Part shown: positions 1 to 12,640 of the stretch, in pieces
How positions within the stretch are numbered: the stretch's first letter is position 1
Layout of the letters: every line of letters starts with the position of its first letter
NCBI RefSeq assembly: GCF_006345805.1
Contig: NC_043025.1
Coordinates: 5,394,001-5,458,000, forward strand
Direction: 5' to 3'
Length of the DNA: 64,000 nt
From: Octopus sinensis
Lineage: Eukaryota
Translations under genes and position numbers: made by a program
Notes under the pieces: model-generated
The model's database searches: none
Seen by the model: the letters and a program-made list of their open reading frames with translations, nothing else
What the model was told of the DNA's origin: nothing

Positions 1-49
1 CATTCAAATTATTTTTCGTCAAATGTAATGTTTGTTTATTCCCATTGTT

Positions 50-280
50 TTCAGTTAATGATGCGTATGTGTAATGTGTATGTGTGTGTGCGTATGTGTA
101 TGTGTGTATGTTGTGTGCATGTGTGTGTGTATGTGTGTGTATGTGTGTGTGTGTGCGTGTGTGTGCGGGTATGTGTGTGTATGTGTGTGTGTGTGTATGT
201 GTATGTGTGTATGTTGTGTGCATGTGTGTGTGTATGTGTGTGTATGTGTGTGTGTGTGTGTGTGTGGGTATGTGTGTGTA

Positions 281-311
<31 letters not shown>

Positions 312-439
312 GTATGTTGTGTGCATGTGTGTGTGTATGTGTGTGTGTGCGTGTGTGTGCGGGTATGTGTGTGTATGTGTGTGTATGTGTGTGTGTATGT
401 GTGTGTATGTATGTATGTATGTGTGTATGTGTGTGTGTA
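50..439. repeat. (TG)n/(TGTA)n compound microsatellite
   Basis: Directly visible; explains the C/V and H/T-rich ORFs here. Confidence 0.95.
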
Positions 440-469
440 TTACAGCTTTCAGATTTTTATGCAGTAACT

Positions 470-577
470 GTTAATTTTTAGAATGACATTATGGGGTAGG
501 TGTGAAAGGCCAGATCTGACCAGCACGAATATAAAACAGGTAAAAAATTTTGCCCGGTTTAAATACTAAAGAGTTAA
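470..577 (-). mobile_element. Fragment of TTAA-type (piggyBac-like) MITE
   Basis: Ends ggtttaaatactaaagagttaa, the reverse complement of the MITE left end at 41282 and 43489. Confidence 0.45.
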
Positions 578-811
578 TGTAGTTCACAGGGAGATTCAGT
601 GTGACACAGAATACAAGGCTGGCCCTTTGAAATACAGGGACTGTTCATTTGCTGAGTGACAATGGGTACACATACATACACACATGCATATACATACATG
701 CTTCTAAACATACATACACACAAGCATATACATACATGCCTACACACACACACATTTATACACGTACATATACACACATACATGCATATACAAACATACA
801 TACATATACAT

Positions 812-936
812 ACACCGGGTTCAGTCCCACTGCGTGGCATCTTGGGTAAGTGTCTTCTGCTATAGCCCCGGGCCAACCAAAGCATTGTGAGTGGATTTGG
901 CAGACAGAAACTGAAAGAAGCCCCGTCGTATATATG

Positions 937-985
<49 letters not shown>

Positions 986-1200
986 TGTGTGGTGTGTTTG
1001 TATGTCTGTGTTTGTCCCTCTAGCATTGCTTGACAACCGATGCTGGTGTGTTTATGTCCCCGTCACTTAGCGGTTCGGCAAAAGAGACGGATAGAATAAG
1101 TATTGGGCTTACAAAGAATAAGTCCCGGGGGTCGATTTGCTCAACTAAAGGCGGTGCTCCAGCATGGCCGCAGTCAAATGACTGAAACAAGTAAAAGAGT
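812..1200 (+). mobile_element. SINE-A (tRNA-derived SINE with internal microsatellite), 5'-truncated
   Basis: B box GGTTCAGTCCC, CTTGGGTAAGTGTCTTCT core, internal (TA)n, tail GACTGAAACAAGTAAAAGAGT shared by more than 20 copies. Confidence 0.85.
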
Positions 1201-1721
1201 ATTCACATGTGGCAGACAGCTTTCGGTTTCTATCTACGGCATCCACTCACAAGGCTTTCGGTGTCCCGGGACTGTAGACGACGACGACACGTGTCCAAGG
1301 TGCCAGCCAGACACCGGGATCGAACCCAAGACCACCCAGACCGAGAGGCAAGCTTCTTAACCCTCCACCCCCAAACCGCCAACACATCCACGTGCCTGTG
1401 GCTTATAATAGATTAAAAGATTAATAACCCAACCCCTAACTGCACCCAGAGCAGAGGGCGGGATGAGAGGAGAAATCGAACAAAGCCTTAATTTGATGAA
1501 TTTTTATGTTATTATCATTGTTATGACAATGATCTGGGACGTACCAGACACCACGCCCCCAACCCACACCACCACCATCACTTCTATTTTCAGAGTTTTG
1601 AATTGGTTTTTTTGTTTGTTTTACCCTTTTTGTGTAAATTTTTTTTGTCTCTCTTCCAAAATATTTCCTCAAAGTGTGTCATTGCCATTGTGGTGCCACA
1701 ACAATCACCAATCATTACGGT

Positions 1722-1731
1722 GATGGTAGTG

Positions 1732-1766
<35 letters not shown>

Positions 1767-2222
1767 GGTAGTAGTAGTAGTAGTGGTGGTGGCGGTGGTA
1801 GTTGTAGCAGTGATTGTAGTAGTGAAGGTGGTGTTGGTAGTGGTGATGGTAGTAGTAGTTATAGTGGTGGTGGTGGTAGTAGTAGTAGTAGTAGTGATGG
1901 TGGTGATAGTAGTAGTGGTGGTGGTTGTAGTACTAGTAGTAGTAGTAGCAGCAGCAGCAGCAGTAGTAGTAGTAGTGGTGGTGGTGGTGGTAGTAGTAGT
2001 GGTGGTGGTGGTAGTAGTTGTAGTAGTGATTGTAATAGTGAAGGTGGTGTTGGTAGTGGTGATGGTAGTCGTAGTTATAGTGGTGGTAGTAGTAGTGATG
2101 GTGGTGATAGTGGTGGTGGTAGTAGTGGTGATGGTGGTTGTAGTACTATTACTAGTAGTAGTGGTGGTGGTGGTGGTGGTGGAGGCAGTAGTAGTGGTGG
2201 TAGTGGTAGTAATGGTGGTGAA
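1722..2222. repeat. (GTG/GTA)n trinucleotide low-complexity block
   Basis: Directly visible. Confidence 0.95.
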
Positions 2223-2495
2223 CTGTAGGAAGGTCGACACTAGCTTGTGTTTACTTTTGATCCCTGTGTGGTTAAGGCAGGTGCTTTACAACCACGTGGT
2301 CTTGGGATCAACCCCACCGTACAGCTGAATTGCTAAGATATGGGGATGTGAACAAACCGTCACCGGCTGTCAAGCCAGGAGCAAACACAAAGAGACATAT
2401 TCACACATAATCATAGATACACATATACACACATATATACATACAAACATATATATACATACATACACACAAGCACACACACACATATATATATA

Positions 2496-2925
2496 CTAGC
2501 AGCATAGTCCGGCATTGCCCGGGTATGTAAGAGCCCATAGTAGGCAACGGCTAATCCCAATCGGGTCCTTTCTCTCTAGGGAACGAAGGCGCATATGTAG
2601 GTTGCAATGTCTTCTCTTCACTCGAATACTTCTGTGTATACGATGTACCTAGCTGTCCCTTTGGGCGATAAAAAGGTCGAGTTGTGTCCCCTAGACAGAA
2701 AATGTGTTGCATATAAAAAGCTTAGATTCTCGACCCCATGTCGAATTTATCGATTTTTTTCAGAACTGGGGGAACTTCTCAAAATTTTCGCTGCGTCAGT
2801 TTTGAATTATGACATTGGGCTATGTGTGTGTCAAGTTTCATCAGAATCGGTTGAAAGCCGTGGTCAGGGTGAGGGTACAACCTGACAGACACACAGACAG
2901 ACAAACTGCCGTTTATATATATATA
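2496..2925 (-). mobile_element. Non-autonomous Helitron
   Basis: Minus-strand 3' end with CCCGGG-type hairpin and CTAG|T (CTAG 2496-2499); near-identical to 37174-37593. Confidence 0.8.
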
Positions 2926-3257
2926 TATATATACATACATACACACATATACATATATACAGGGTGGTTGGTGTTAGGAAGGGCACCAAGCCATAAAAAC
3001 TATGCCAAAAGGGACACTTGTCAGCCCCTGTCAAACTGTCCAACCCATGCCAGCATGGAAAGCAGACGGTAAACAATGACGATGATGATATACAAACACA
3101 CAACAGGCTCCTTTCAGTTTCTGTCTATCAAATCCACTCACAAGGCTTTAGATGGCCCAGGGCAATAGTAGAAGACTGGTCCAAGGAATCGTGCAGTGGG
3201 ACTGAACCTGGAGCCATGTGGTCGGGAATCAAGCTTTTTACCACAGAGCCAACTCTT

Positions 3258-3640
3258 ACTCTTTTACTTGTTTCAGTAATTTGACTGCGGCCATGCTGGA
3301 GCACCGCCTTTAATCGAGCAAATCGACCCCGGGACTTATTCTTTTGTAAGCCCAGTACTTATTCCATCGGTCTCTTTTTGCCGAACCGCTAAGTGACAGG
3401 GACATAAACACACCAGCATCGGTTGTCAAGCAATGCTAGGGGGACAAATACAGACACACACACACGCATATATATATATATAAATATACGACGGGCTTCT
3501 TTCAGTTTCCGTCTACCAAATCCACTCACAAGGCTTTGGTCGGCCCGAGGCTATAGTAGAAGACACTAGCCCAAGGTGCCACGCAGTGGGACTGAACCCG
3601 GAACCATGTGGTTGGTAAACAAGCTACTTACCACACAGCC
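3258..3640 (-). mobile_element. SINE-A
   Basis: Reverse complement of SINE-A consensus. Confidence 0.85.
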
Positions 3641-3876
3641 TTTCGTATTCTTTTAGAAGAATGGCATTGACAGTAACTTCAATGAAGGCTGACAACAATG
3701 TCAACACAATTCTTGTAAATATACGAGGTGGGGGAGAGACCGTTTGTTTTCACCACTGGTGTAGGTTTGTTTACGTCCCTATAACTTCGTTGTTCGGCAA
3801 AAAAGACTGAAAGCATAAGAACCAGAGTTTCAAAAAATAGGTGGTGGGTGTCAATTTTTGGTCAACTAAATAGGCG

Positions 3877-4041
3877 CAGGCGTGGTTGTGTGGTAGGCAG
3901 CTTGCTTCCCAACCACATGGTTTTGGGTTCAATCCCACTACATGGCACATTGGGAAAGTGTCTTCTACCATAACCTTGGGGTGACCAAAGCCCTCTGAGT
4001 GGATTTGGTCGACAGAAACTGAAAGAAGCCCGTCGTATATA

Positions 4042-4079
<38 letters not shown>

Positions 4080-4300
4080 TGTGCATCTCTGCGTATGCTT
4101 GTCTCCCACCACCACTTGACAAATGGTGTTGGTTTGTTTACATCCCCATAAGTGGTTCAGCAAAAGAGACCGATAGAATAAGTACTAGATTTTAAAAAGA
4201 CAAAAATACGTCTTGGGGTCAATTTATTTATCTAAAAAAGACTCAAGGCAGTGCTCCAGCATGGCCACAGCCAAATGATGGAAACAAGTAAAAGATAAAC
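3877..4300 (+). mobile_element. SINE-A, diverged
   Basis: Head, core and tail recognisable with many substitutions. Confidence 0.75.
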
Positions 4301-4489
4301 TGTCCAAGGTAGACATAGCCAAAAGCCTCATGAAGCTTTGACAAAACAACTTTGCCCAGACTTGTGCCTTGGAGAACTCTCTAGGTGCCATCGCATGGTC
4401 ATTCATGAGTAAAGGGAGGTCTTAACCCTCTTTTTACAATAGACATAAGGCCTAAAATCCTTTTTAGGGGAGGGGGCTAGTCGATTACA

Positions 4490-5040
4490 TTAAGCTTCAG
4501 AGTGGAGCAGGGCTTCAGTAGGGAGCGGAGGCTTCAGTGGAGAGCAGAGCTTCAGTGGGGAGCGGAGGCTTCAGCAGGAAGCAGAGCTTCAGTGAGAAGC
4601 TGGGCTTCAATGTGGAGTAGAGGCTTCAGTGTGGGGTAGAGGCTTCAGTGGGAAGCGGAGGTTTCAGTATGGAGTAGAAGCTTCAGAGGGAAGCGGAGGC
4701 TCCAGTGGGGAGTAGAGGCTTCAGTGGGAAGTGGAGGCTTCAGTGGGAAGTGGAGGCTTCAGTGGGAAGCGGAGGTTTCAATATGGAGTAGAGGCTTCAG
4801 AGGGAAGTGGAGGCTCCAGTGGGGAGTGAAGGCTTCAGTGGGGAGCGGAGGCTTCAGTGGAGAGCGGAGGCTTCAGTGGAGAGCGGAGGCTTCAGTGGAG
4901 AGCGGAGGCTTCAGAGGAGAGCGGAGGCTTCAGAGGGAAGCAGAAGCTTCAGTGGGAAGCGGAGGCTTCAGTGGGAAGCGGAAGCTTCAGTGGGGAGTAG
5001 AGCTACAGTGGACAGCAGAGCTTCAGAGTGGAGCTTCCAA
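4490..5040. repeat. ~19-bp minisatellite (GGCTTCAGTGGRRAGCGGA)n, about 28 units
   Basis: Directly visible tandem units. Confidence 0.9.
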
Positions 5041-5137
5041 GTGGAGTGGAGTTCTAGTGCCAAGTGTGGTTGGGGATGCAGAATGGAGTAGAGTGAAGTG
5101 CTGAGAATAGTGTAGACATAAGTGGTGTGCGCACAGA

Positions 5138-5255
5138 CTAAGAGGCTGGCGTAGGCAGAGATGAGCTTGTGTGTGTTGGTGTCAGTGATGGGACATCACA
5201 GATCACAGGGAGGGATGAAGAGGGTGGCGGGACACCAGTACAATAGGCCACATGA
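5138..5255 (-). CDS. Candidate terminal coding exon (HVAYCTGVPPPSSSLPVICDVPSLTPTHTSSSLPTPAS*), unidentified
   Basis: Unique sequence after a pyrimidine-rich acceptor ttttatctcttgttgttgttAG; one of three frames open for 38 codons; no recognised homology. Confidence 0.2.
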
Positions 5256-5569
5256 CTAACAACAACAAGAGATAAAAAAAAAAGATGGGGGGAGAGAGGG
5301 AGAGAGGGGGGGATGAGATTTTATATACAGATCAATTCATTTAACAAAATTAATTCTCACAAAAGCAATGGAGCAACACACTCAACACAAAGCACTTTAA
5401 TTTGTGTGTGTGTGTATATGTGTATGTGCATGTACGTGTGTGTGTGTGTATGTGCATGTATGTGTGTGTGTGTGTGTATGCGTGTGGATGGCTGGAGAGG
5501 GTGGTGGCAGGAGATAACATGTGAGAAGCAGATGAGAATCAATAATCTGAATTGGATCAGCATCATTGT

Positions 5570-5635
5570 CGTCGTCATCATCATCATCACCACCACATCA
5601 TCATCACAATCATCAACATCATTATCATTATTATC

Positions 5636-5688
<53 letters not shown>

Positions 5689-5868
5689 TATTATTATCAT
5701 TATCATTATTATTATCATTATCATTATTATTATCATTATCATTATTATTATCATTATTATTATATTATCATTATCATTATTATTATCATTATCATTATTA
5801 TTATCATTATTATTATCATTATCATTATTATTATCATTATTATTATCATTATTATTATTATTATCATT

Positions 5869-5900
<32 letters not shown>

Positions 5901-6019
5901 CATATCATTATTATTATTTAAAGAAATCATTATAATTATTATCGCTGTTGTTGTTGTTGTTAATATTATTGTCACAGTTTCTGAAATTCTGCGACGTGAA
6001 CAAATCAACAAAGTGATTC

Positions 6020-6076
<57 letters not shown>
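5570..6076. repeat. (ATC/ATT)n block followed by (AG)n
   Basis: Directly visible. Confidence 0.95.
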
Positions 6077-6082
<6 letters not shown>

Positions 6083-6757
6083 GAGGCAGACGCGGATAGA
6101 GACAGAGAGAAACAGGCATCGCAGGTTCAATCTGTCAGCTGTTGAGTTTGTTTTTTGGTTGTTTTTATTTCCATAATTTTTTTTTTTTGGAAAAATAAAA
6201 AAAAAAAAAATGCGGGGAGGGAGTGATGAGAAGGGGGTGGGGAGAAAAAGCGGGGGGGAGGGTCGATGCATGATGGGAAGAAGGGGGGAGCAGAGGTGGT
6301 GGGTGGGTGGGTGGGGGAAGGCATTGAAAATTGAAAATGACTATCAATACAAGATCACAAGACAGAGGGGTGGGAGGGGGGAGGTTGTCAGCCCTCACCC
6401 CACCCGCCACAACCACCCTCACCACGCCACCATCATGAAAGGGACTGGGACAAGGAGGACAACAACAGCAATGACAACAAGATGATGATTCAACAGCGGG
6501 GTGAGGGTAGGGTTCCCCTCCTCATCTAATGAATAGACTTAAATGCAGAACTGACAGGTAAGTGTGGGGGGGTGGGGCAATAGTCATCTTGAGTGAAGAC
6601 TGTTTTTTAAAAAAAAAGAAAAATGTCTTTTTTTTTTTTCCTTTTTAATTTCATTTCAATTCACTTTGAAAAACATCGAAGACAACCAAAAAATCAATGA
6701 AATAACAAAATATCAGAAATCAAGATAAATAATAATAATGGTTTCAAATTTCGGCAC

Positions 6758-7135
6758 AAGGCCAGCAATTTTTAGGGGAGGGGGCAGTCAATTACATCGA
6801 CCCCAGCACACAACTGGTACTTAATTTATCGACACCAAAAGGATGAAAGGCAAAGTCGACTTTTGATACCAGACTGTGGCTTGTACCTGTCTGGTATCAA
6901 TATTAGACAGGTACGAGTCACTGTTCCCCACCTTCAGATGGATTCCACCAGCAATTTTTAGGGGAGAGGGGGCAGTCAATTACATCGACCCCAGCACACA
7001 ACTGGTACTTAATTTATCGACACCAAAAGGATGAAAGGCAAAGTCGACTTTTGATACCAGACTGTGGCTTGCACCTGTCTGGTATCAATATTAGACAGGT
7101 ACGAATCACTGTTCCCCATCTTCAGATGGATTCCA
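6758..7135. repeat. 188-bp direct tandem duplication (SINE-B-like fragment plus fold-back segment)
   Basis: TTGATACCAGAC at 6863 and 7051. Confidence 0.85.
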
Positions 7136-7149
7136 TGTCTTTACAATTG

Positions 7150-7392
7150 AAAACCAATCAAGAAATACTATATCTGTATACTGGACTGCTATGTCTACCT
7201 TGTGTTAATGTATGGAAGTGAGGCATGGTTTACAACATCAGGAATGAGAGAGAGCTTGGAGAGGTGGGAAAAAGTGGTTCCTAAGGAGGATATCAAGGAC
7301 AAAGTGCCTGATGATGAAGCGATGATGAACCAGGCTGTGGTAAATAGGAAACTGCTTTGTGAAATAAGGCCCAGGCAACTGAGATTTCTTGG
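7150..7392 (+). mobile_element. RTE-clade LINE ORF C-terminal fragment, left part
   Basis: Translates CYVYLVLMYGSEAW...RKLLCEIRPRQLRFLG, a typical RTE post-RT region. Confidence 0.75.
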
Positions 7393-7599
7393 GAGGGGCT
7401 TTCTCTGTTCGGGTTGCGGATCCGTGGAATAAGCTGCCGGACGAGATAGTGAAGATGCCGACGACCGCTCGGTTCAAAGTCTCTCTTGACCAGAAATGGC
7501 CTGAACTCTTTGCATGAACACCACCCTGTACATAACTCCATGTCCCCCTACATGGCCTTGCTTTTTGCTTTTTGAGCCAAAAAATTAACTTAACTTAAC
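7393..7599 (+). mobile_element. CR1-clade LINE 3' end, copy 1
   Basis: FSVRVADPWNKLPDEIVKMPTTARFKVSLDQKWPELFA*, 3' UTR and (TAAC/TTAAC)n tail. Confidence 0.85.
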
Positions 7600-7614
7600 A
7601 TACACACATTACAT

Positions 7615-7949
7615 ACATCATAAGCGGAAAGTGTAACCTCTCGAAAGAGCTGTTCTTCACTCCTGCTCTAGAGCGTCGGCTGCGGGGTTACTCCGAAAAG
7701 CTCTATCTATGACGATTTCATCTCAATCGAAGGAGAGGGGCTTTCTCCGTCCGGGTTGCGGATCCATGGAATAAGCTGCCAGACGAGATAGTGAAGATGC
7801 TGACGACCGCTCGGTTCAAAGTCTCTCTTGACCAGAAATGGCCTGAACTCTTTGCATGAATACCACCCCGTACATAACTCCATGTCCCCCTACATGTCCT
7901 TGCTTTTTGCTTTTTGAGCCAAAAAATTAACTAACTAAACTTAACTTAA
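7615..7949 (+). mobile_element. CR1-clade LINE 3' end, copy 2
   Basis: Longer copy matching 44218-44713, same tail. Confidence 0.85.
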
Positions 7950-8140
7950 CTTGGTCATGTAATGAAGAAAGAGGGCCTGGAGAATATAGCGATGACTGAA
8001 GAGATTAGAGGGAAAAGAAGCTTGATGAAATGGTTGGATGGAAGAGGCAGCAAACATTAGGAAATGAAACTGCTACGGAAATCAAAGAACAGGACATCAT
8101 TGCCTATGTCCTACATTTTGGACACAGCACCCCAAAAGAA
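7950..8140 (+). mobile_element. RTE-clade LINE fragment, right part
   Basis: Resumes GHVMKKEGLENIAMTEEIRGKRS; joins 7392 to give RFLGHVM. Confidence 0.75.
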
Positions 8141-8536
8141 AGAAAAACATGGAGAAGTAGTGGCTTGACCTGGAGAGACTCCCTGATCTCTCAGCTATGC
8201 ACTGTTAAGGAGCCCCTTAAAAGGCCCATAAAAAAAAAAGCCTCACCACTGAAAGTAACCACTGGTAACTCAAAAAACATTTGAACCCTTTCACTGATAA
8301 ATTAAATTTCATGATTAGTCCACTAATGGTGTTAAAATATCTACCAAAAATAGAACTGGTATTTTCTGCAAGTCATGTTGACTCAATAAACTCCGACATA
8401 TTTCAACTGAAAATAATTTCAGACATGAAGTTCCTCACCAAAAGACACATTGGTACATAAAACTGCATTCCACAGATAACAGTAATTAAATATGTGTGGC
8501 TGTATCTGATGTCCATGGTAAAGGATTAATATACCA

Positions 8537-8576
<40 letters not shown>

Positions 8577-8706
8577 ATAATAATATTAGGGAGTAAATCC
8601 AAACTTACAGGGAAAAATTCAATTTAGTATTAAATCTAATTTTATAGTATAAATATATATATTAAATTATGTTTGATTCACCTAATAGTGGTTTTATCTC
8701 TAATTT

Positions 8707-8763
<57 letters not shown>

Positions 8764-8767
<4 letters not shown>

Positions 8768-8960
8768 TCTTTTACTTGTTTCAGTCATGTGACTGCGGCC
8801 ATGCAGGAGCACCGCCTTTTAGTCGAGCAAATCGACCACAGGACTTATTCTTTGTAAGCCTAGTACTTATTCTATCGGTCTCTTTTGCCAAACCGCTAGG
8901 TTACAGGGACGCAAACACACCAACATCGGTTGTCAAGTGATGTTGGGGGGACAAACACAG

Positions 8961-8997
<37 letters not shown>

Positions 8998-9150
8998 CAT
9001 ATATACGACGGGCTTCTTTCAGTTTCCGTCTACCAAATCCACTCACAAGGCTTAGGTTGGCCCGAGGCTATAGCAGAAGACACTTGTCCAAGGTGCCACG
9101 CAGTGGGACTGAACCCAGGGCCATGTGGTTCGTAAGCAAGCTACTTACCA
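8764..9150 (-). mobile_element. SINE-A
   Basis: Reverse complement of consensus. Confidence 0.85.
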
Positions 9151-9474
9151 CTTCTTTTTTATGTACCGGTCACCATCACAATATATTTGTCTTTTGTTAT
9201 CTTTCAAATACCATCTAAACCCTTGAATAGCAGAATTAAATTTCATTGTTATTCCTGAAATGATGTTTAAATATCTACCGAAAAATAGAATCTGTATTTT
9301 CTGCAAGTCGTGTTGCCTCCATAAACTCGTATATCTTCAACTGAAAAGCGTTCCAAATGTGACATTCCTCAACGAAAAATAGACTGGTATACAAAACTGC
9401 TTTCCACAGATAACGATGACCATGGTAAAAGAGTTAAATATACCTGTATATATTTGTTTTTGGGGTTTTTTTTA

Positions 9475-9920
9475 TGCCGGTGGCACGTAAAAAGCACCAT
9501 CCGAACGTGGCCGATGCCAGCCCCGCCTTGACTGGCTTCTGTGCCGGTGGCACGTAAAAAGCACCAATCTGATCATGGCCGTTGCCAGCCTCACCTGGCA
9601 CCTGGGCTGGTGGCACGTAAAAAGCACCAATCCGATCATGGCCGTTGCCAGCCTCACCTGGCACCTGTGCAGGTGGCACGTAAAAAGCACCAATCTGATT
9701 GTAGCTATTGCCAGCCTCGCCTGGCACCTGTGCCAGTGGCACGTAAAAAGCACCCACTACACACACGGAGTGGTTTTCGTTAGGAAGGGCATCCAGCCGT
9801 AGAAACATTGCCAGATCAGACTGGAGCCTGGTGCAGCCTTCTGGCTTCCCAGATCCCGGTTGAACCGTCCAACCCATGCTAGCATGGAGAACGGACCTTA
9901 AACAATGACGATGATGATGA
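9475..9920 (+). mobile_element. Repeat E (RTE 3' UTR-like) with about five internal ~60-bp modules
   Basis: GGTGGCACGTAAAAAGCACC modules, TTAGGAAGGGCATCCAG, (GAT)n tail. Confidence 0.75.
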
Positions 9921-10729
9921 TTTTCCAGACACTGCCTCAATATACTAATGTATATTTGTCTTTTGTTGTTATCTTCAAAACACCAACTAATCCTTTTAAC
10001 TGCAAAATTAAATTTCATCGTTTTTTTTTTTTGACAATAATGTTTAAATAGCTACCAAAAACTAGAACTGGTATTTTATGCAAGTCATGAAGCCTCAATA
10101 AACTCAATACATCTTAACTGAAAATAGTTCCAGACATGACATTCCTCACCAAAAGGCAGATTGATATATAAAACCGCTTTCTGCAGATAACGCTAATTAA
10201 ATTTTGAATGGCCGTATCTGATGTCCATGGTGAAAGAGTTAATATACCAATAACATATTTGGTTTTGTTATGTTCCGGTCACCATCTCAATATATACTAA
10301 CATATATTTGTCTTTTGTTATCTTCAAAGCATCAGCTAAACCCTTGAATTGCAAAATTAAATTTCATCATTATTCCTGGAATGGTAATGAAATTTCGAGT
10401 GGCAGTATCCGATTTCTACAGTGAAGAGTATAGTGCGGGGAGTGACTCACATGGCAGGCAAAGTGTTAAGAGAAATTTCAGCTATTTCTAGCCAGTTGAG
10501 CAACTAGCATAGAAGCTTCTTTGAATCTATGTATCTTAGAGTGTGGCGGACCTGGTACCCTTGGCTCTTCTATATTGCCCATCGCCTCAGCAACCATCTC
10601 ATGCACCAGCTGCCCTGCATACATCAACAAAAACAGGGCCAAAAACCTGGAGATGAGTTAATGATGTCGATTGGCCTGGTGGTGTTGGATGTCATCAATA
10701 ACAGAGTGATAGCAGTGACTGGCAATAAT

Positions 10730-11110
10730 TTTTTCTACTCTAGGCACAAGGCCCGAAATTTTGGGGGAGGGGCGCCAGTCAATTAGATCGACCCCAGTAC
10801 ACAACTGGTACTTAATTTATTGACCCCAAAAGTTGACCTCGGTGGAATTTGAAATCAGGATATAAAAACAGACGAAATACCTATTTCTTTATTACCCACA
10901 AGGGGCTAAACACAGAGGAGACAAACAAGGACAGACATAGGTATTAAGTCGATTACATCGACCCCAGTGCGTAACTGGTACTTAATTTATCGACCCCGAA
11001 GGGATGAAAGGCAAAGTCGACCTCGGCGGAATTTGAACTCACAACGTAACGCAGACGAAATACCGCAAAGCATTTCGCCCGTGGTGCTAACGTTTCTGCC
11101 AGCTCGCCAC
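10730..11110 (-). mobile_element. SINE-B, partly duplicated
   Basis: Reverse complement of GGCGAGCTGGCAGAA...GAGTTCAAATTCCGCCGAGGTCGACTTTGCC. Confidence 0.8.
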
Positions 11111-11299
11111 CTTATGAGTGAGAATAATCTGTCAATCTACTACAATGTCATGAGGTAGTGAGTTCAATTCGCAGACCAGGATGTGTGTTGTTGTTCTTAA
11201 GCAAGACACTTTATTTCACGTTGCTCCAGTTCACTCAGCTGTAGAAATGATTTGTGACATCACATGGCCGGTTTAAATGCTAAAGAGTTTTAAACAAAG

Positions 11300-11540
11300 C
11301 GGCTGGCATATTTCAGTCAAGCTGGCAGAAACGTTAGCACGTCGGGCAAAATGCCTAGCAGTATTTCGTCTGTCGTTACGTTCTGAGTTCAAATTCCGCC
11401 GAGGTTGACTTTGCCTTTCATCCTTTCGGGGTCGATAAATTAAGTACCAGTTACGCACTGGGGTCGATGTAATCGACTTAATACCTATGTCCGTCCTTGT
11501 TTGTCCCCTCTATGTTTAGCCCCTTGGGGGTAATAAAGAA
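11300..11540 (+). mobile_element. SINE-B
   Basis: A box TGGCAGAAACG, B box GAGTTCAAATTCC, body as above. Confidence 0.8.
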
Positions 11541-12254
11541 ACATATTTCAGTCAACCAAATTCATTTGCAAGGCCTTGGAATCAGCCTTGGGCTATGAGC
11601 AGAAAACACTTGCCCAAGGTGGCAAGCAGTGGGATTGAACCCTAGAACCATGTGCTTGCAGAACAAGCTTCTACACCACACACAGTTATGCCGGAGCTTT
11701 ACAAAAAACAAAAAAAAAACAAAAAAGAAAAAGAAAGAAACAACTATTGTTTCAGTCTGTCGTTTAAATTCATTGGAAATTATTATTTATTTATATTATT
11801 GAATCCAGACGTATTAAAACCAACCAAGTAAAACATTGACGCCAATGATGATGGTGGTGGTGGTGGTGAGGTGGAGGTTGGTGATGACAGTGATTATGAT
11901 GATGATGATGTCAGCAAACAACACAAAGATAACCAGAATTTTATGCTTCAAACTTCATCAATATTTACTGTTATGGTAATTTGAAAGAGTTAATAAAATG
12001 GACAATGGTAAATCAAACACAGCAGTAAACAAGGTGACGTGCTTAGTCAGCTGTTTATTGTGGAGTCGTGGTTCGGGGTTTTATTGTTGTTTTTGTTTCG
12101 CTTTGCTTTTCATTATTTACAGTGAAACAGCGGTGAACAAGCAAAATAAAAACAACAAAAAAAAAAAACCAACAGCAACAAACCGTCACTCCGTCGCTTG
12201 CGACGATGACTTGTGTCACAGTTGACCAACCAAACACCCGCTTTTGAAACTAAC

Positions 12255-12394
12255 ATATAGGCGCAGGAGTGGCTCCGGGTTCAGTCCCACTGCATGGAAT
12301 CTTGGGCATGTGTCTTCTGCTATAGCCCCGGGCCGACCAATGCCTTGTGAGTGGATTTGGTAGACGGAAACTGAAAGAAGCCTGTCGTATATAT

Positions 12395-12430
<36 letters not shown>

Positions 12431-12640
12431 ATGTGTTTGTGTGTCTGTGTTTGTACCCCTAGCATTGCCTGACAACCGATGCTGGTGTGTTTATGTCCCC
12501 GTCACTTAGCAGTTCGGCAAAAAGAGACCGATAGAATAAGTACTAGGCTTACAAAGAATAAGTCCCGGGGTCGAGTTGTTCGACTAAAGGCGGTGCTCCA
12601 GCATGGCCACAATCAAATGACTGAAACAAGTAAAAGAAAA
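12255..12640 (+). mobile_element. SINE-A with head deletion
   Basis: Consensus match. Confidence 0.85.

Larger units (their letters stand above)
8283..10385. repeat. Degenerate AT-rich repeat, 3-4 copies, MITE-like ends (aaccctt...aaagagttaa), interrupted by younger elements
   Basis: aattaaatttcat...tagaactggtatttt recurs near 8.3, 9.23, 10.0 and 10.35 kb. Confidence 0.6.

Noticed and set aside
6549-6557. Plus-strand microexon candidates (cag|AACTGACAG|gtaagt; also 20682-20692)
   Set aside because: Weak pyrimidine tract at the first, weak donor at the second, no flanking plus-strand exons; equally explained as TGACAG TF sites
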